Assembly: GCF_004010195.1 (NCBI RefSeq)
Contig: NC_057726.1
Span: 68,855,155-68,919,154 of the forward strand
Reading direction: 5' to 3'
Origin: Chiloscyllium plagiosum
Taxonomy: Eukaryota
DNA length: 64,000 nucleotides
Positions 23,485-36,845 of this stretch are shown here, piece after piece; positions within the stretch are counted from its first letter, which is position 1, and every line of letters begins with the position of its first letter. Position numbers and translations under genes: made by a program. The notes under the pieces are model-generated. The model ran no database searches and had not been told where the DNA came from. It saw nothing but the letters and a program-made list of their open reading frames with translations.

Positions 23485-25880
23485 TGATAGAGTTGGACAG
23501 TGCAGAAACAGACCCCTCGGTCCAACCTGTCCATGCTGACCAGATATCTCGAATAAATCCGGTCCCACTTGCTTCCATTTGCCCCATCTCCCTCTGAACC
23601 TTTTCTGTCATGTTCCCGTCCAAATGTACTTTAAATGTTGTAACTGTATCTTTCTACAACTTCCATTGGCAGCTTGTTCCACATAAGAACTACTCTTTGT
23701 GAAAATGTTGCCCCTCAGGACCCTTTTCAAAACATTACCGTCACTTTTTAAAAAATAAATACCCCGAGTATTGAATTCCACCAGCTTACACTCTCACATC
23801 CTCACTAAAGCAAGGAAAGAGATGGCAGAGACATCATCTCTTTATTCACTAAAGCTCCATTGAAGATGGAGTGGTGACCATCTCATCTTATTCCTGCCCA
23901 TGCAAAGAGACATGGGCACTCTTAATTAGCAGTTTTAATATGGTAGGATAGCTTTCACCAAAAGCAAAACATTGAAATATTGGAATACTGTGTGCACTTC
24001 TGGTCTTCCTGCTATGTTGTGAAACTTGAAAGGATTTGGAAAAGATTTACAAGGCAGTGTTTGAGCCACAGGGAGAGGCTGAATAGACTGGTGCTGTTTT
24101 CCCTGGAGCGTTGGAGACTGAGGTTTATAAAATCATGAGGGGCATGAATAGGGTAAACAGACAAGGATTTTTCCCTGGGTTGGGGGGAGTCCAAAACTAG
24201 AGGGTGGAGGTTTAAAATGAGGGGAAAAGCTTTAAAAGAGACCTAAGGGGCAACGTTTCCAAGCAGAGGTGGTGTGTGTATGGAATGAGCTGCCAGAGGA
24301 AGTGGTGGAGGTTGGTATAATTACAAAAGACCTCTGCATGGTATATGAATAGGAAAGGTTCAGAGGGATCTGGGCTGGGTACTGGCAATTGGGACTAGAT
24401 TTATTTGGGATACCTGGTCAGCATAGATGAGTTGGACCGAAGGATCTGTTTCATTGCAGTATATTCTCCATAGTACTAAATGTTCAAAGGTCATCTGGAG
24501 GAAGCAACATAATTAAAAATGGCATAAATTCCAAAAGCCTTAATAAGGCTTAACAAGTAAGGTGGAGTTCTTTGAAAAGAGGAGACAAGGATAGCTGTGT
24601 AGATGTCATACACTTAGATCTTGAAAAGGATTTTAAAACTATGCGAGCAAAAATGATGTGACAACAGTTAGGATATGTGGAATCAGGGTCAAATAACCAC
24701 ATGAATAGAAAATTGGTTGAAAATATGGAAAGCAGAGNNNNNNNNNNNNNNNNNNNNNNNNNNNNNNNNNNNNNNNNNNNNNNNNNNNNNNNNNNNNNNN
24801 NNNNNNNNNNNNNNNNNNNNNNNNNNNNNNNNNNNNNNNNNNNNNNNNNNNNNNNNNNNNNNNNNNNNNNNNNNNNNNNNNNNNNNNNNNNNNNNNNNNN
24901 NNNNNNNNNNNNNNNNNNNNNNNNNNNNNNNNNNNNNNNNNNNNNNNNNNNNNNNNNNNNNNNNNNNNNNNNNNNNNNNNNNNNNNNNNNNNNNNNNNNN
25001 NNNNNNNNNNNNNNNNNNNNNNNNNNNNNNNNNNNNNNNNNNNNNNNNNNNNNNNNNNNNNNNNNNNNNNNNNNNNNNNNNNNNNNNNNNNNNNNNNNNN
25101 NNNNNNNNNNNNNNNNNNNNNNNNNNNNNNNNNNNNNNNNNNNNNNNNNNNNNNNNNNNNNNNNNNNNNNNNNNNNNNNNNNNNNNNNNNNNNNNNNNNN
25201 NNNNNNNNNNNNNNNNNNNNNNNNNNNNNNNNNNNNNTTACCAGGGCAAAAGTGGGACCAATTAGAAACCAAACGAGCAACCTGTTTATGCAGTCAGTGG
25301 ATGTGGGCGAGACCTTAAATGAATCCTTCATATCTGCATTCATTGCCACTGGGCTTGGGGTGGTGAAGTTCAAGAATATGTTACGATTAATAAGGAGGAG
25401 GAATTAGGAATTAGATGCTCTAGTGGACATAAAGTTGCATAAATCTCCAGGGCCCGATGAGATGTATCCTAGGCTGCTATGAGATTGCTGTAGCTTTGGC
25501 AGAGATATTTAATGCTTTGCTGATTGCAGGTGAAGTGCCAGATTACTGGGGAATAGCTAATGTGGTTCCTTTGTTCAAGGAAGGTAGGAGGGATAGGCCA
25601 GGTAATTACAGACTGGTTAGTCTGATGGCAGTTGTGAGGAATTTATTGGAAAAAATGTTCTGAGGGACAGGATTCGTCAAAACTTGGAAAGGCAGGGTTT
25701 AATCAGGGATAGTCAGCACGGATTTGTGAGAGGGAGGTTTTGTCTGTGTAATTGAAGATTCTGAAAAGGTTGATATTGATGAGCTGAGTCCAATTGATAC
25801 AGTTTACACGGACTTCAGTAAGGCCTTTGATAAGGCCCCACATGGAAGACTGCTCCAAAAGGGAAGAGCATATGGCTCAT
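23485..25880. mobile_element. Cluster of CR1 fragments around the first gap (- 23485-23790; + 23980-24465; + 24550-24737; + 25240-25880)
   Basis: GEVPDYWGIANVVPLFKEG..PGNYRLVSL; DFSKAFDK; CR1 tails. Confidence 0.8.
24738..25237. other. Assembly gap (500 N)
   Basis: Run of N. Confidence 1.
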
Positions 25881-25947
25881 TAGCCAACTCTCTATCCATA
25901 CCAACATAGCTAGCACCATGGGCTCTTACTTTATAACATTATCTTTT

Positions 25948-26255
25948 GATAGAATCCCTACAGTGTGGGAACAGGCCAGTAGGCACAGCAAGTCCACACC
26001 AAGCCTCCAAAGAATTACCCATCCAGACTCATCCCCTTAGTCTATGTTTACCCCTGACTAATGTCCCTAACCTGCACATCCTGGACAATATAAGCAAACT
26101 AGCACGGCCAATTCACCTAACTTGCACATCTTTGGATTGTGGGAGAAAATCAAGCAGATATAGGGAGAACATGCAAACTCCACACAGACAGTTGCCTGAG
26201 GCAGGAATCGAGCCCAGGTCCCTGTGCTGTGAGGCAGCAGTGCTAACCACTGTGC
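25948..26255 (-). mobile_element. HE1-like SINE
   Basis: GCAGTGCTAACCACTG head on -, V-domain. Confidence 0.82.
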
Positions 26256-27579
26256 TGCTGTTTTGTGATGTTCGCTCTATTCACTCTAGTTGAAACTTCT
26301 TCAAAACAGTCTATAAATTATTTAGAGCCAAGCTGAATCTGTTTGACTGGACTTGGATTTTCCAAATAGTCTGCTATTCTTTAAGAATCGATTCCAATAC
26401 TTTATCAATAGTGTATGTTAGGCTAGTTGGCCTACAGTTACCCACATTTTGCCTCCCTTCCCTCTTGTACATTTGACCTGGGACATAGATTTAAAGTGAT
26501 TGGTTAAAAGATTAAAGGGGAGATGAAGGAAATGATTTCTTTGCGCAGCAGAGGACAGTAGGACTCTGGAACACTCAGCCTGAAAGGGGATTTGGACCAA
26601 AAACCCTCCACTAACATAAACAGAATCCAGAAATGCATCTCAGGTGCTATAATCTGCAGGGCTATGGACCAAATGCTGGGAAGTGTGAATGACCTGGATA
26701 GCCCATTTTTTAGTTGGCACAGATATGTAGGAGGCAGCATTGTCAGTTAACATTAACCCTTTCACTCTGAGGTGAACAGGTCAGGCATGGTAACAAATCA
26801 ATTCTTCCTCGGTCACCTGGATGTCAGCACCCAATTTACCTTTCAAAACAATTCCTAATAATACAATAATATAATTAAGGGGCTCTGCTAACTTGGGATA
26901 AAATAGCAAGCCTTCTTGTCTGCTTTTGCAGCATCTTTGTGCTCCCACAGTGTTACTGTAAGAGGCTGATATCACCACACTTCTGACTTTATTTGCCCTG
27001 ATAACTTTCAGCTTGCAATCCTCAGCTATCCTTCAGTTAATTCATTCAACCATCACGCAGTGGCAACATGCGTGAAATCCACGAAATTCAGGAAACCAGA
27101 AAGGACTGCACCAAATCAACTGTTGAGAAATGTCTCCTAATCTTAGATCTGCAGGAGTAATATGGACACAGAGGAGGAAGAGGAAGAAAATTATACCAGT
27201 GAGAAGGAAGAGGACAAAGAGAACTCCAAATCATTGTTACTGATATTGAAAAGAACATGTTAATAATGAAATAAAAACAGAATGGTCTGGGAAACTCAGC
27301 AGGTTTGGCAACATCTTTGGAAAGTGAAACTGAATTAATATTTTGAGTCTGGTATGACTCTTATTCAGTACTCTGGGGATATTTATACCTACTCGAATTG
27401 GCACAATGTCATTCTTTGTTTCCCAGAACGATTTGTTTTAGGGACTCAACCATTCACTGCATTTATTAAGTAGTTAGATATTGGAGCAGAAACTCTCAAA
27501 GCTGACTTTACAGATAATGTAAACACTACTGGCATCGTAACCAGTATAATATAATTATAAAGTCACTTCTAATCTTAAT

Positions 27580-28500
27580 TCATACAATGGATGGGCAAAA
27601 CTGTACGCTTCTTCCTTGGATCGCATACTATCTCTAACTTCCTTTGTAAGCTATGGATTGGCCCTCTTACCCATTTTGCTTTTGTGCTGGACAGGAATAA
27701 ACAGTTGTTGCAGTTTTCCCATGCATTCCTTAAATGTTTGCCATTGCCTATCTACTATCATCCCTTTAAGTAACTCTCCCCAATCTGTCAAGGCCAACTT
27801 ATATCTCAAATCTTCATAGTTTCCTTTATGATGATTCAGCACCCTCATCTCCAAATCAATTACCTCACTCTCCATCTTGACAAAAAGTTCTATTATGTTA
27901 TGGTCGCTCATCCCCAAGGGTCTCACACAGTTAGATTAGTAATGATTCCCTTCTCATTACACAGTACCCAGTCTAGGATGGACTGCTCTCTAGTTGGTTC
28001 CTCCAAATATTGGTAAAGAAAACTATCCCACATACACTTCAGGAATTCCTCCTCTACGGCATTGTGGCTAATTTGATTTGCCCAATCTATGTGCAGAGTA
28101 AATTCACCCATGATCATTGATATGAGCTTATCGCATGCAGCTCTAATTTCTGGTTTAATGCCATTCCCAACCTCACCACTGCAGTCTCTATATGACACCC
28201 ACTAATGTATTTTGCCCCTTGGTATTTTTCCACCCTACCCATTGTCATACTCCACATTGTCAGGGCTACTATTGTGTTAATTTCCTCTTTAACCCACAAT
28301 GCCACTCCATCACCCTTTCCTTTTTGCCTGTCCTCCCCAACTACCGAATACCCTGGGACATTCAGTTCCTATCCCTAGTCACCCTGCAGCCATGTCTCCA
28401 TAATCCCAATTATATCTTACCATTTACATCTATCTGCATGATTAGCTCATCCACTTTATCGCAAATGCTTCATGCACTAATGCACAAAACCTTTAATCTT
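27580..28500 (-). mobile_element. CR1 ORF2 AP-endonuclease fragment
   Basis: ALWVKEEI, IMGEF.LHIDW, EPTREQSILDWVLCNE, LGMSDHNII. Confidence 0.88.
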
Positions 28501-28911
28501 GTCTTTTTAACATTGTTTGCCTCACACTCAATATTTTTTCACAACAGTCCTGTTTGGGTTTTGTCCTTCGTTTCTCTGCCTATCATTTTTTGTGGTCCAT
28601 TTTGCATGTTTTGTTTTTGTCACTGCTCCCTCCTTCTCTAAGTCCTTACACAGGCTCTCAGTCCCCTGATATATTAGTTTAAATCTTCCACAAACACTCG
28701 AGCAAACAGTCCTCCTGGTACACACTGCTGCCACTGTGCATTGGTTGTGGAAGGTGTGAATATGAAAGGTAGTGGATGGAGAGCAAATCAAATGGATTCT
28801 TTTGAGCTGAGCAAATGCATGACTAATCTGTCAGACCGTTTTTTCAATTTTAGCATGGGCTCCCAGATGTCAGTAAGAAGGATTTTCAAATTTGACAGGG
28901 TTGGGTTTAAG

Positions 28912-29250
28912 AGTCGGAAAAGTACTGGCAAAGCACAACAGGTCAGGCAGCATCCAAGGAGCAGGAGACTCAAAGCTTCGGGCATAAGCCCTTCATCAGG
29001 AATGTGGTGGAGGGAGGGCGTTGAGAGATAAATAAGAGGGTGGGAGGAAAGGTAGCTTGGAAGGCAATAGATAGATGCAGGTGTGGGGTGATATTGAGAG
29101 GTGTGAGGGGAGGGTGGAGTGGATAAGTGGGAAGGACAATGGACAGTAGGACAGATCATGAGGGCAATGCCAAGTTGGAAGTTTCGATCTGGGATGAGGT
29201 GTGGGGAGCGGGAATTAAGACACTCGTGAAGTCAATGTTAATGTAATTTG
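28912..29250 (-). mobile_element. Penelope-like element 3' fragment with hammerhead motif
   Basis: Reverse complement resembles 46720-47060, including CTGATGAAGGGCTTATGCCCGAAG. Confidence 0.75.
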
Positions 29251-30469
29251 GTTCCTTTCCAATTTAATTCCTATATTTAAACTTCTTGTGGTATTGTACA
29301 ACTTTGGCTTGATAGGCGAATTCAGAGAGCAGTTATGAGTCAATCACACTACTACAGACCTGAAGTCATATTTAGGCCAGAACAGAAAAGGGTGGCAGAT
29401 TTCCTTCCCTCAAGGGCAGTCAAACTCGATGGGTTTTTAATAGCAATTTAAAATCTTTTCATTGTCATCATTATGGAGGCTAACTTTTAATTTTGATTTG
29501 ATTAGTTTACTTTAAATTCCACTATCTGCTATTAAAAAGGTGTCAAGAAGCACTATGTTGAGAGTGTGAAAGACATTAGCAACAAATAAAATATATTTTA
29601 AAATATTTTAAAATATATTTTTGTGGACACACAATGAATAAAGATGACCCCTGCCATAGAGACAAATTATAAAACAACATGTATATATAAAACAACACAT
29701 AGATATTGAAGAACACAACAAGGTTGAGTTTACCAATGAAATTCCTCTTATGGTTGAGACAAGACAGTATAAAGAAACTATACTCTATTGTGAGTTCAGT
29801 TTTCTTCAAAACTATTTTGAAATTTTTGTTGAAGTGGATTTGAACATTGTGTATAATTTGAAAGTAGAATTGTCATCATGAGAACCATTCATTACTATAG
29901 TATAATTTAGAATTGATTCTAGCAATAAATCTTCCTAAGCAGGAGTTTTTGTTTCAGATGTAAATTCTGATGAGCCAACATCTAAATAATAATATCTTAG
30001 GATATTGAACTCAGGGTTCTAAGTATTGATTAGGTAAATTTAGAAAGGAAATTATTTTCTGCTGTCATATACCTATAAATATATTCCATCCTGGGATAGT
30101 GTTGCTGGTTTCAAAACATCTAGAGGGAGAAGGAAAGATCTAGTCTATAGCTGGGAAAAGCTGTTTAAGCTCCTTTCAATGATCTAAAATGTCTCTTATT
30201 TGAGTTTTTAAACTAAAAATAAGTTTGACTGGGTATGTTAACTTTACAGCAAGAGTTGTGGTAAAGATAGTCCCACCTAGGCTGTGCAGTGACATTACCT
30301 CTTCACCAACATCTCCTTGGCTGGAGAGTGGGGTCAAGCAGTTAATAGCCTATCCTCCCATGTTCCTAGTTCATCTCTGCAACATTTGCTGCTTCATTTA
30401 TCCAGGTGATTTCAGTTGTTTTCAGTGTCCTGCAGTTTACTGATAGTGGAGATGTGACGGTGAGATGAT

Positions 30470-30710
30470 TCATGGACCAAATGGCCTGTTTCACACTGTA
30501 GGGATTCCATGGAATCCCTACAGTGTGGAAATAGGCCATTCGGTCTAAAATGTCCACACCAACCCTTCGAAGAGTAACCCACCCAGACCCATTTCCCTTA
30601 CCCCACTACTCTACATTTATCCCTGACTAATGCGTCTAATCTGCACATCCCTGAACACTATGGGCAATTTAGTGTGTCCAATTCACCTAACCTTCACATC
30701 CTTGGATTGA
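30470..30710 (-). mobile_element. HE1-like SINE 3' part with a fold-back tail
   Basis: SINE tail on - plus an inverted copy of its end. Confidence 0.75.
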
Positions 30711-31567
30711 AGCAGCTGGTGCAGTGGCTCCTTTATGAAGAAGGTTGAAATTCCCAATAGAGATTAAATAATTAAATAATCAAAATTAACTGCTTACGCA
30801 CATTGGATGGGTAATCGTTTGAAAGTCGAGATCATTGAGGATTATAAATGCTCACTTGCAGGCTCGGACATCAAAACATGTACAACAACCGACAGACATA
30901 ATGCCTGAGTTTATACAATCTGTTTGCTACGACAAGTTTTTTAGCAGTTTCTTTTTTAATAGTCACATTGACACATGGCAGCTACTTTAGAATCTAGAGA
31001 TAGTTCGTCCTACAGAAATAGCCAGTGATTATTTCCATGTGTCATTTCTTCCTTTGAAGTGCATGAATGTCTTTATAAGGCAAATAAATTCAGTCTGCAT
31101 ATATTCTATAAGCCATATGAAGTGCCACGTATTAAGGATGTAGTACCAAGAATGACTGTGACCAATGTACCTCCAGTCAATATGTCTTTCAATGCTGTTG
31201 ATGTGAGTAATTGACTATTGTACCATTCAATATTTAACTCCTCAAAGCTTACAGGGGAAGTTTCCAGATGAAAACTCTTATGTTGCCCTTTACTTTAATT
31301 TTAGTTAACCACACCATCTGGTGACTTTTAACTTGAGGAACAACAGAAATATTGAGCACATTCTACCACATGGTTCCATCATCAAACCCTTGTCTCCTTC
31401 TTAACTGACAAGTCATTTTTAACTCGTTGGCTAACATCAGGAAACTAAGGGTTCGGTTGTGGTTTGATCATTAATGCAACACAAGTCCAGAGGTATACTG
31501 AACCGAGCAACTTACTTTTGTGATGAAATAATCTTTTTTGCATATAAATTTGCATTTGTTCTGTGTA

Positions 31568-32270
31568 AGGAGGATTTGAGCTGCAGGGAGAGGCTGAATA
31601 GGCTGGGGCTGTTTTCCCTGGAACGTTGGAGGCTGAGGGGTGACTTTATAGAACTTAATAAAATCATGAGGGACATGGATAGGGTAAATGGACAAGGTAT
31701 TTTCTCTGGGGTGGGGGAGTCCAGAACTAGAGGGCATAGATTTAGGGAAGGAGGGTAAAAATTTAAAAGGGACCTAAGGGGCAACTATTTCACGCAGAGG
31801 GTGGTGCATGTATGGAATGAGCTGCCAGCGGAAGTGGTGGAGGCTAGTACAATTAGAAGATTTAAAAGGCATCTGGATGGGAATATGAATAGGAAGGGTT
31901 TAGTGGGATCACCATTACCCCCACCTCCGTCTACCTCTTGCACTCTCAGCCAGCTTCCTCCCAGCCAACCGCCCCCCCCCATCCATTTATCTCTCCACCC
32001 CCTTGGTTCACAGTCTCATTCTTGATGAGGGGCTTTTGCCCAAAACGTCGATTCTCCTGCTCCTCAGATGCTGCCTGACCTGTTGTGCTTTTCCAGCACC
32101 ACACTCTCGACTCTAATTTCCAGCATCTGCAGTCCTCACCTTCGCCGTAGAGGGATATGGGCCAAATGCTGGTAAATGGGATTGGATTAGGTTGGGATAT
32201 CTGGTTTGCATGGACGAGTTGGACCGAAGGGTCTGTTTCTGTGTTGTACATCTCTATGACTCTCTGACTC
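31568..32270 (+). mobile_element. CR1 3' fragment interrupted by a Penelope 3' fragment (~31910-32147)
   Basis: The CR1 text GGGTTTAG|AGGGATATGG is split by a hammerhead-family element. Confidence 0.85.
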
Positions 32271-32618
32271 TAAGGCAGCAATTTGAATATTGCAACATTC
32301 TGGCAACAAGTTATTATATTTGTTCACGTGGCTCTGTCATGCTTAGGAACAAGGGCAGGATTTGTTGCAAAATTTTCACTAGGTCATTTCGAACAGTTCA
32401 AGTGTTACTGATCATCAGCTTTACTTAGTTGGATGGAAATAGTCGAAGGATAAAGTTGGAGCATGAAGGCAGGGGGAGATGAGGCCCCATCTCAAAAAGG
32501 CACTGCTGTAGCAGGTTCCAAGTAGTTTACGTTAATGAGATGACCTGGGAGGAATCAAAGTGCTCAGGGTAGGGTGTCGGAGATGCCTTGGCGGATTTTT
32601 GTGAGGTCTTAGAAGAAG

Positions 32619-32620
<2 letters not shown>

Positions 32621-32665
<45 letters not shown>

Positions 32666-32672
32666 TGCGCGC
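32621..32672. repeat. (GT)20 microsatellite plus GC alternation
   Basis: Seen directly. Confidence 0.97.
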
Positions 32673-33624
32673 TGATGGAGTAAAATTGCAAGAAAGGGAC
32701 ATGGTTGAGAAAGATAATCTTGAAACTGGTTGACAATCGGAAATTCATGCTTCCTACTGCAAACGTAAAGGCCCATTAAAAGAATTTTTCTATCAGAAGT
32801 GGAGAGAAGTGTTCAAATTATGAACCTTGTATTCTGCCAATCTTACTTGTTGCATGTACAGTACTTACTATTTTGGGGTTCAGATTTTATTGCCTTGTTA
32901 AAATATATAAGTGTGTGAGTAAAATGGTTATTTGTATAATTTGTATTAAAATGCATTTGTTTATAATGACAAGAAGTTGTTTTATTTTCAAGGCCAGTGT
33001 AAGAAAACCCTATCTTTGTAAAGAAAGGGGAAATGAGATGAAATCCATTTTTTAAGAACTTATATAACCATTTATTCTATGTAAGCCAGCAATCTGTGAA
33101 TATTGTAACATTCTGGGAACAGGACATTCCGGTGGTTGCGATGTTCAACTGTCCCAATGATTGATACCATTGCATGTACTTAAGGACAAAGTCTGGGATT
33201 ATTGCAAGGTTTTCAATATATCACACAGAATAGTTCAAGGTTAACTCAATAGTCAGTTATAGATAATTGGTGGCACGATCCCAAAAAAATGTATTGCTGC
33301 AGTAGGCTCAGAGTAGTTAGGACTCTGGAGAATTCCTGGGTGCAGGAATGCAGGTGTGGCTACATGTTGGGGTTAGGGTTCAGGAAAATTCCTGGGGACT
33401 GTCAGAACTTAGACAATGCCATGTGCCATCAACAGCTTAGTTCAGCTGAGAGTGAGGGAGATGGAAGCCCAACAGCAGTGTTTGCTTTCTGCAGTTTTAG
33501 GAGAATTGCACAGTTAGTACTCATTTAGTAAAGCTAGTTGTCTGCAAAACAAAAGCTGGAATAGAGACTATAATTTGGACTGGATTTCAGTTTCAAGAAA
33601 AGATAGGAAAGGAGGGTGAACTGT

Positions 33625-34095
33625 CTTTCTGATGAAGAGTCACTGGATTGAAACGTTAACTCTGCTTCCTTCCCACAGATGCCACCCGGCCTGCTGATTT
33701 TCTTCATAGAGTCAGACAGCAAGGAAACAAACTCTTTGTTCCAACCAGTCCATGCCAAGTATCATGTCCAACTAAACTAATCCAACCTGCCTGTACTTGG
33801 CCCACATCCCTCCAAACATTTCTTCTTCATGTACATATCTCGATGTCTTATAAATGTTCATTCCACACATGAAAAACTCTCAGTTTTAAAAAAAATTGCC
33901 CCACCTGTCTTTTTTAAATCTTTCTCCTCTCACCTTCAAAACGTACCCCTTAGTCTTGAAATTCCCCATCCTAGGGAAAAGGCACCTGCTGTTCACCTTA
34001 TCTATACCCTTCATGAATTTATAAACCTCTATGAGGTCACCCTACTACAACTTCTGTATTTACTTTAGGTCTCCAGCATCCATGGTTTTGTTTTA
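33625..34095 (+). mobile_element. Hammerhead-bearing Penelope short element split by a minus-strand CR1 3' end (~33706-34045)
   Basis: CTGATGA-AGAGTC-ACTG-GATT-GAAACGTT at 33629-33657; element end CTCCAGCATC near 34070. Confidence 0.65.
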
Positions 34096-34599
34096 TGAAC
34101 TGCCTTGATGAAGTAGCATTTGATGGAATTCAGAAGCTAGGTATTTGAAAAAAGAAGAAGTTGCAGAGCTTCTGATGATTGTGTAAGATTCACCTTGTGT
34201 ATCTGCTGTCCTTGTCCTTACTGATGGAAGTTGATTGGATTTGCAAGGTACTGAATAAGAAGCCTTGGTGAATTTCTGCAGTACATACTGCAGATGATTC
34301 TCTCTGCTGCAACTGATGCAGAGCTTCTGATGATTGTGTAAGATTCACCTTTCTTGAAAGTGATGCCACTTTCAAGTAACTATGGACCTGTATCCCAAGG
34401 TATCTCAACAACACTCTCCACGGTTGTATATTAACTGTGTAGCCATGGTTTGTCCTGCCAAAATGCAACATCTCGCATTTATCTAAATTAAATTCGCTAT
34501 TTGATGTGCTGTGTGGAGTTTTTAAAATTAATCATGAAATATGGGTGTCTGTAGCTGGTCCACCATTTATTACCAATCCCTAGTTGCCCTTGAAAATAG

Positions 34600-35440
34600 A
34601 TTCTCAGATTTATATGGCATGGAAAGAGACACTTTGGCTCAATCAGTCCATGCTGACCATGTACCATAAACTGAACTACTCCCATTTGTCTGCATTTGGC
34701 CCATATCCCTCAAAACCTTTCCAATCCATGTACCTGTTCAAATATCTTTTAACCGTTGTCATTACGCCTGCCTCCACCACTCCCTCTAGCAGCTTGTTCC
34801 ATATTTGCACCACCTCTGAGTGAAATGTTCCCCCTCAGGTCCCTTTTAATACTTGCCCCTCTCACCTTAAACCTATATCCTCTGTTTCTGGATTCCCCTA
34901 TCCACGGGAAACGACCTTGGATATTCACCTTAACTCTGCCGCTCATGATTTTATAAACCTCCCAAAAGTCACCCTCAATTTCCTACACTCCAGGGAAAAA
35001 GTCCCAGCCTATCCAACTTCTTTTTATAAATCAAACCCTCCAATCTCAGTAATATAGCTGTAAATCTTATTTGCACCCTTTCCAGTTTAATAACATCTTT
35101 GCAATAATAGGGCAAGCAGAATTGTACACTAATCCAAATGTGGCCTTATCAACATATTTTACATCTGTAGCATGATAGCCCAACTCCTGTACTCAGTGCT
35201 GTGACTGGTGAAGATAAGTGTGCCAAATGCCTTCTTCACCACCCTGTCTACCCATGATGCCACTTTCAAGTAACTATGGACCTGCATCCCAAGGTATCTC
35301 AACAACACTCTCCACGGTCGTACTATTAACTGTGTAGCCATGGTTTGTCCTGCCAAAATGCAACATCACACATTTATCTAAATTAAATTCCATCTGCCAT
35401 TCCTCTGCCCAGTGGCCCAGTTGTTCACGATACCATTGTA
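34600..35440 (-). mobile_element. CR1 LINE 3' ~840 bp
   Basis: LGMQVHSYLKVASWVDRVVKKAFG; GESRNRGYRFKVRG. Confidence 0.85.
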
Positions 35441-35444
35441 CTCT

Positions 35445-36150
35445 AAGAAGATGGTAGTGAACTGCTTTCTTGAATGACTGCAGTCCACGTTTTGTAGGTG
35501 GACCTAATATGCCCTGAGGAAGAGAGTTCTAGGATTTTAACCCAGCAACAGTGAAGGAATGAGAGTATATTTCCAAGTCAGGATGGTTGCTTAGAGGGGT
35601 AACTTGGCAGTCTCATGTATCTGCTGTCCTTGTCCTTACTGATGGAAGTTGATTGGATTTGCAAGGTACTGAATAAGAAGCCTTGGTGAATTTCTGCAGT
35701 ACATACTGCGGATGATTCTCGCTGCTGCAACTGAACATTGGTGCTGCAGGGAATAGGGGTTTGTGGATGTAGTGCCAGTCAAGTGTGCTGCTTTAGTCTG
35801 GATGGTGTCAAGCTTTGTGAGTAGCATACCCATCCAGGCAAGTGAGAAATATTCCATCATATTCCTGACTTGTGCCTTGTAGCTGGTGGGCAGGCTTTGG
35901 GATGTCAGGACTGAGTTGGTCACTGCAGTATTCCTAGCCTCTGATCTGCTCTTATAGCCATAGTATCAATATGGCTATTCCAGCTGAGTTTCTGCTCAAT
36001 GGTGACTCCAGGATGTTATTAGTGGGAGATTCAGTGATGGTAGCACCATTAAATACCGAAGAGTTGCGGCTAGATTCTCTCTTATTGGAGATGGCCATTG
36101 TGTAGCAATCGAATGGCACAAATCTTCTTTGCCACTTTTTAGCCCAAGCC
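35445..36150 (-). mobile_element. L2/Crack-type LINE RT C-terminal fragment
   Basis: YKAQVRNMMEYFSLAWM..KLDTIQTKAA..SLQHQCSVAA. Confidence 0.75.
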
Positions 36151-36676
36151 AGGAGTTAATATTTCAGATCGAGTGACTGTTCCTCAGAATCTGACCTGAA
36201 ACATTAACTCTGATTTCTCTCCACAGATGCTACCAGGCCTGCTGAGCTTTTTCAGCAATTTCTGTTTTTGTTTCTGATTTATGGCATCCGCAGGTTTTGT
36301 TTTGGTTTTTATTGTTAGACTACAGTCTGCCTGTTACCCACATTTATCACGTTTTAATTCTGTATTTTAGAGAAAACGTTGTGTAATTATTGTGGATTAT
36401 TTTACTTGTTAATAAAGTTTATTGTTGTTTGTTGAAAATCATAGCAGTTCTGACTTTATTTTCTTAATAATCCTATAATATCAAACTTCATCTACTTCAA
36501 GCAAACAATATTACTGATCCTTAATCAGATCAGAACATAGCTTGGTCTGGATTCATAACGTGATCTCGGGGAGAGAAAATAAACTTTCTCCTTACTAACT
36601 CAAAATTGTTGACATTTTCAATTTCAGAAGAATTGTTTGTCATATTCAATGTTTTGTTATTGGACTAGTAACGTAA

Positions 36677-36845
36677 GAGATGGAAATGTGTTGCTGGAAA
36701 AGCGCAGCAGGTCAGGCAGCATCTAGGGAACAGGAGAATCGACGTTTCTCCTGTTCCCTAGATGCTGCCTGACCTGCTGCGCTTTTCCAGCAACACATTT
36801 CCATCTCTGATCTCCAGCATCTGCAGACCTCACTTTCTCCTCAAA
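36677..36845 (+). mobile_element. Fold-back Penelope-derived element with a perfect 63-bp stem
   Basis: Arms 36676-36738 / 36746-36808; 14-bp TSD GACTAGTAACGTAA (36663-36676 / 36846-36859). Confidence 0.9.

Noticed and set aside
24550-25373. ORFs of 180-244 aa
   Set aside because: Artefacts of reading through the 500-N gap.
27160-27262. Acidic peptide MDTEEEEEENYTSEKEED
   Set aside because: Short, purine-rich low-complexity sequence with no exon partners.
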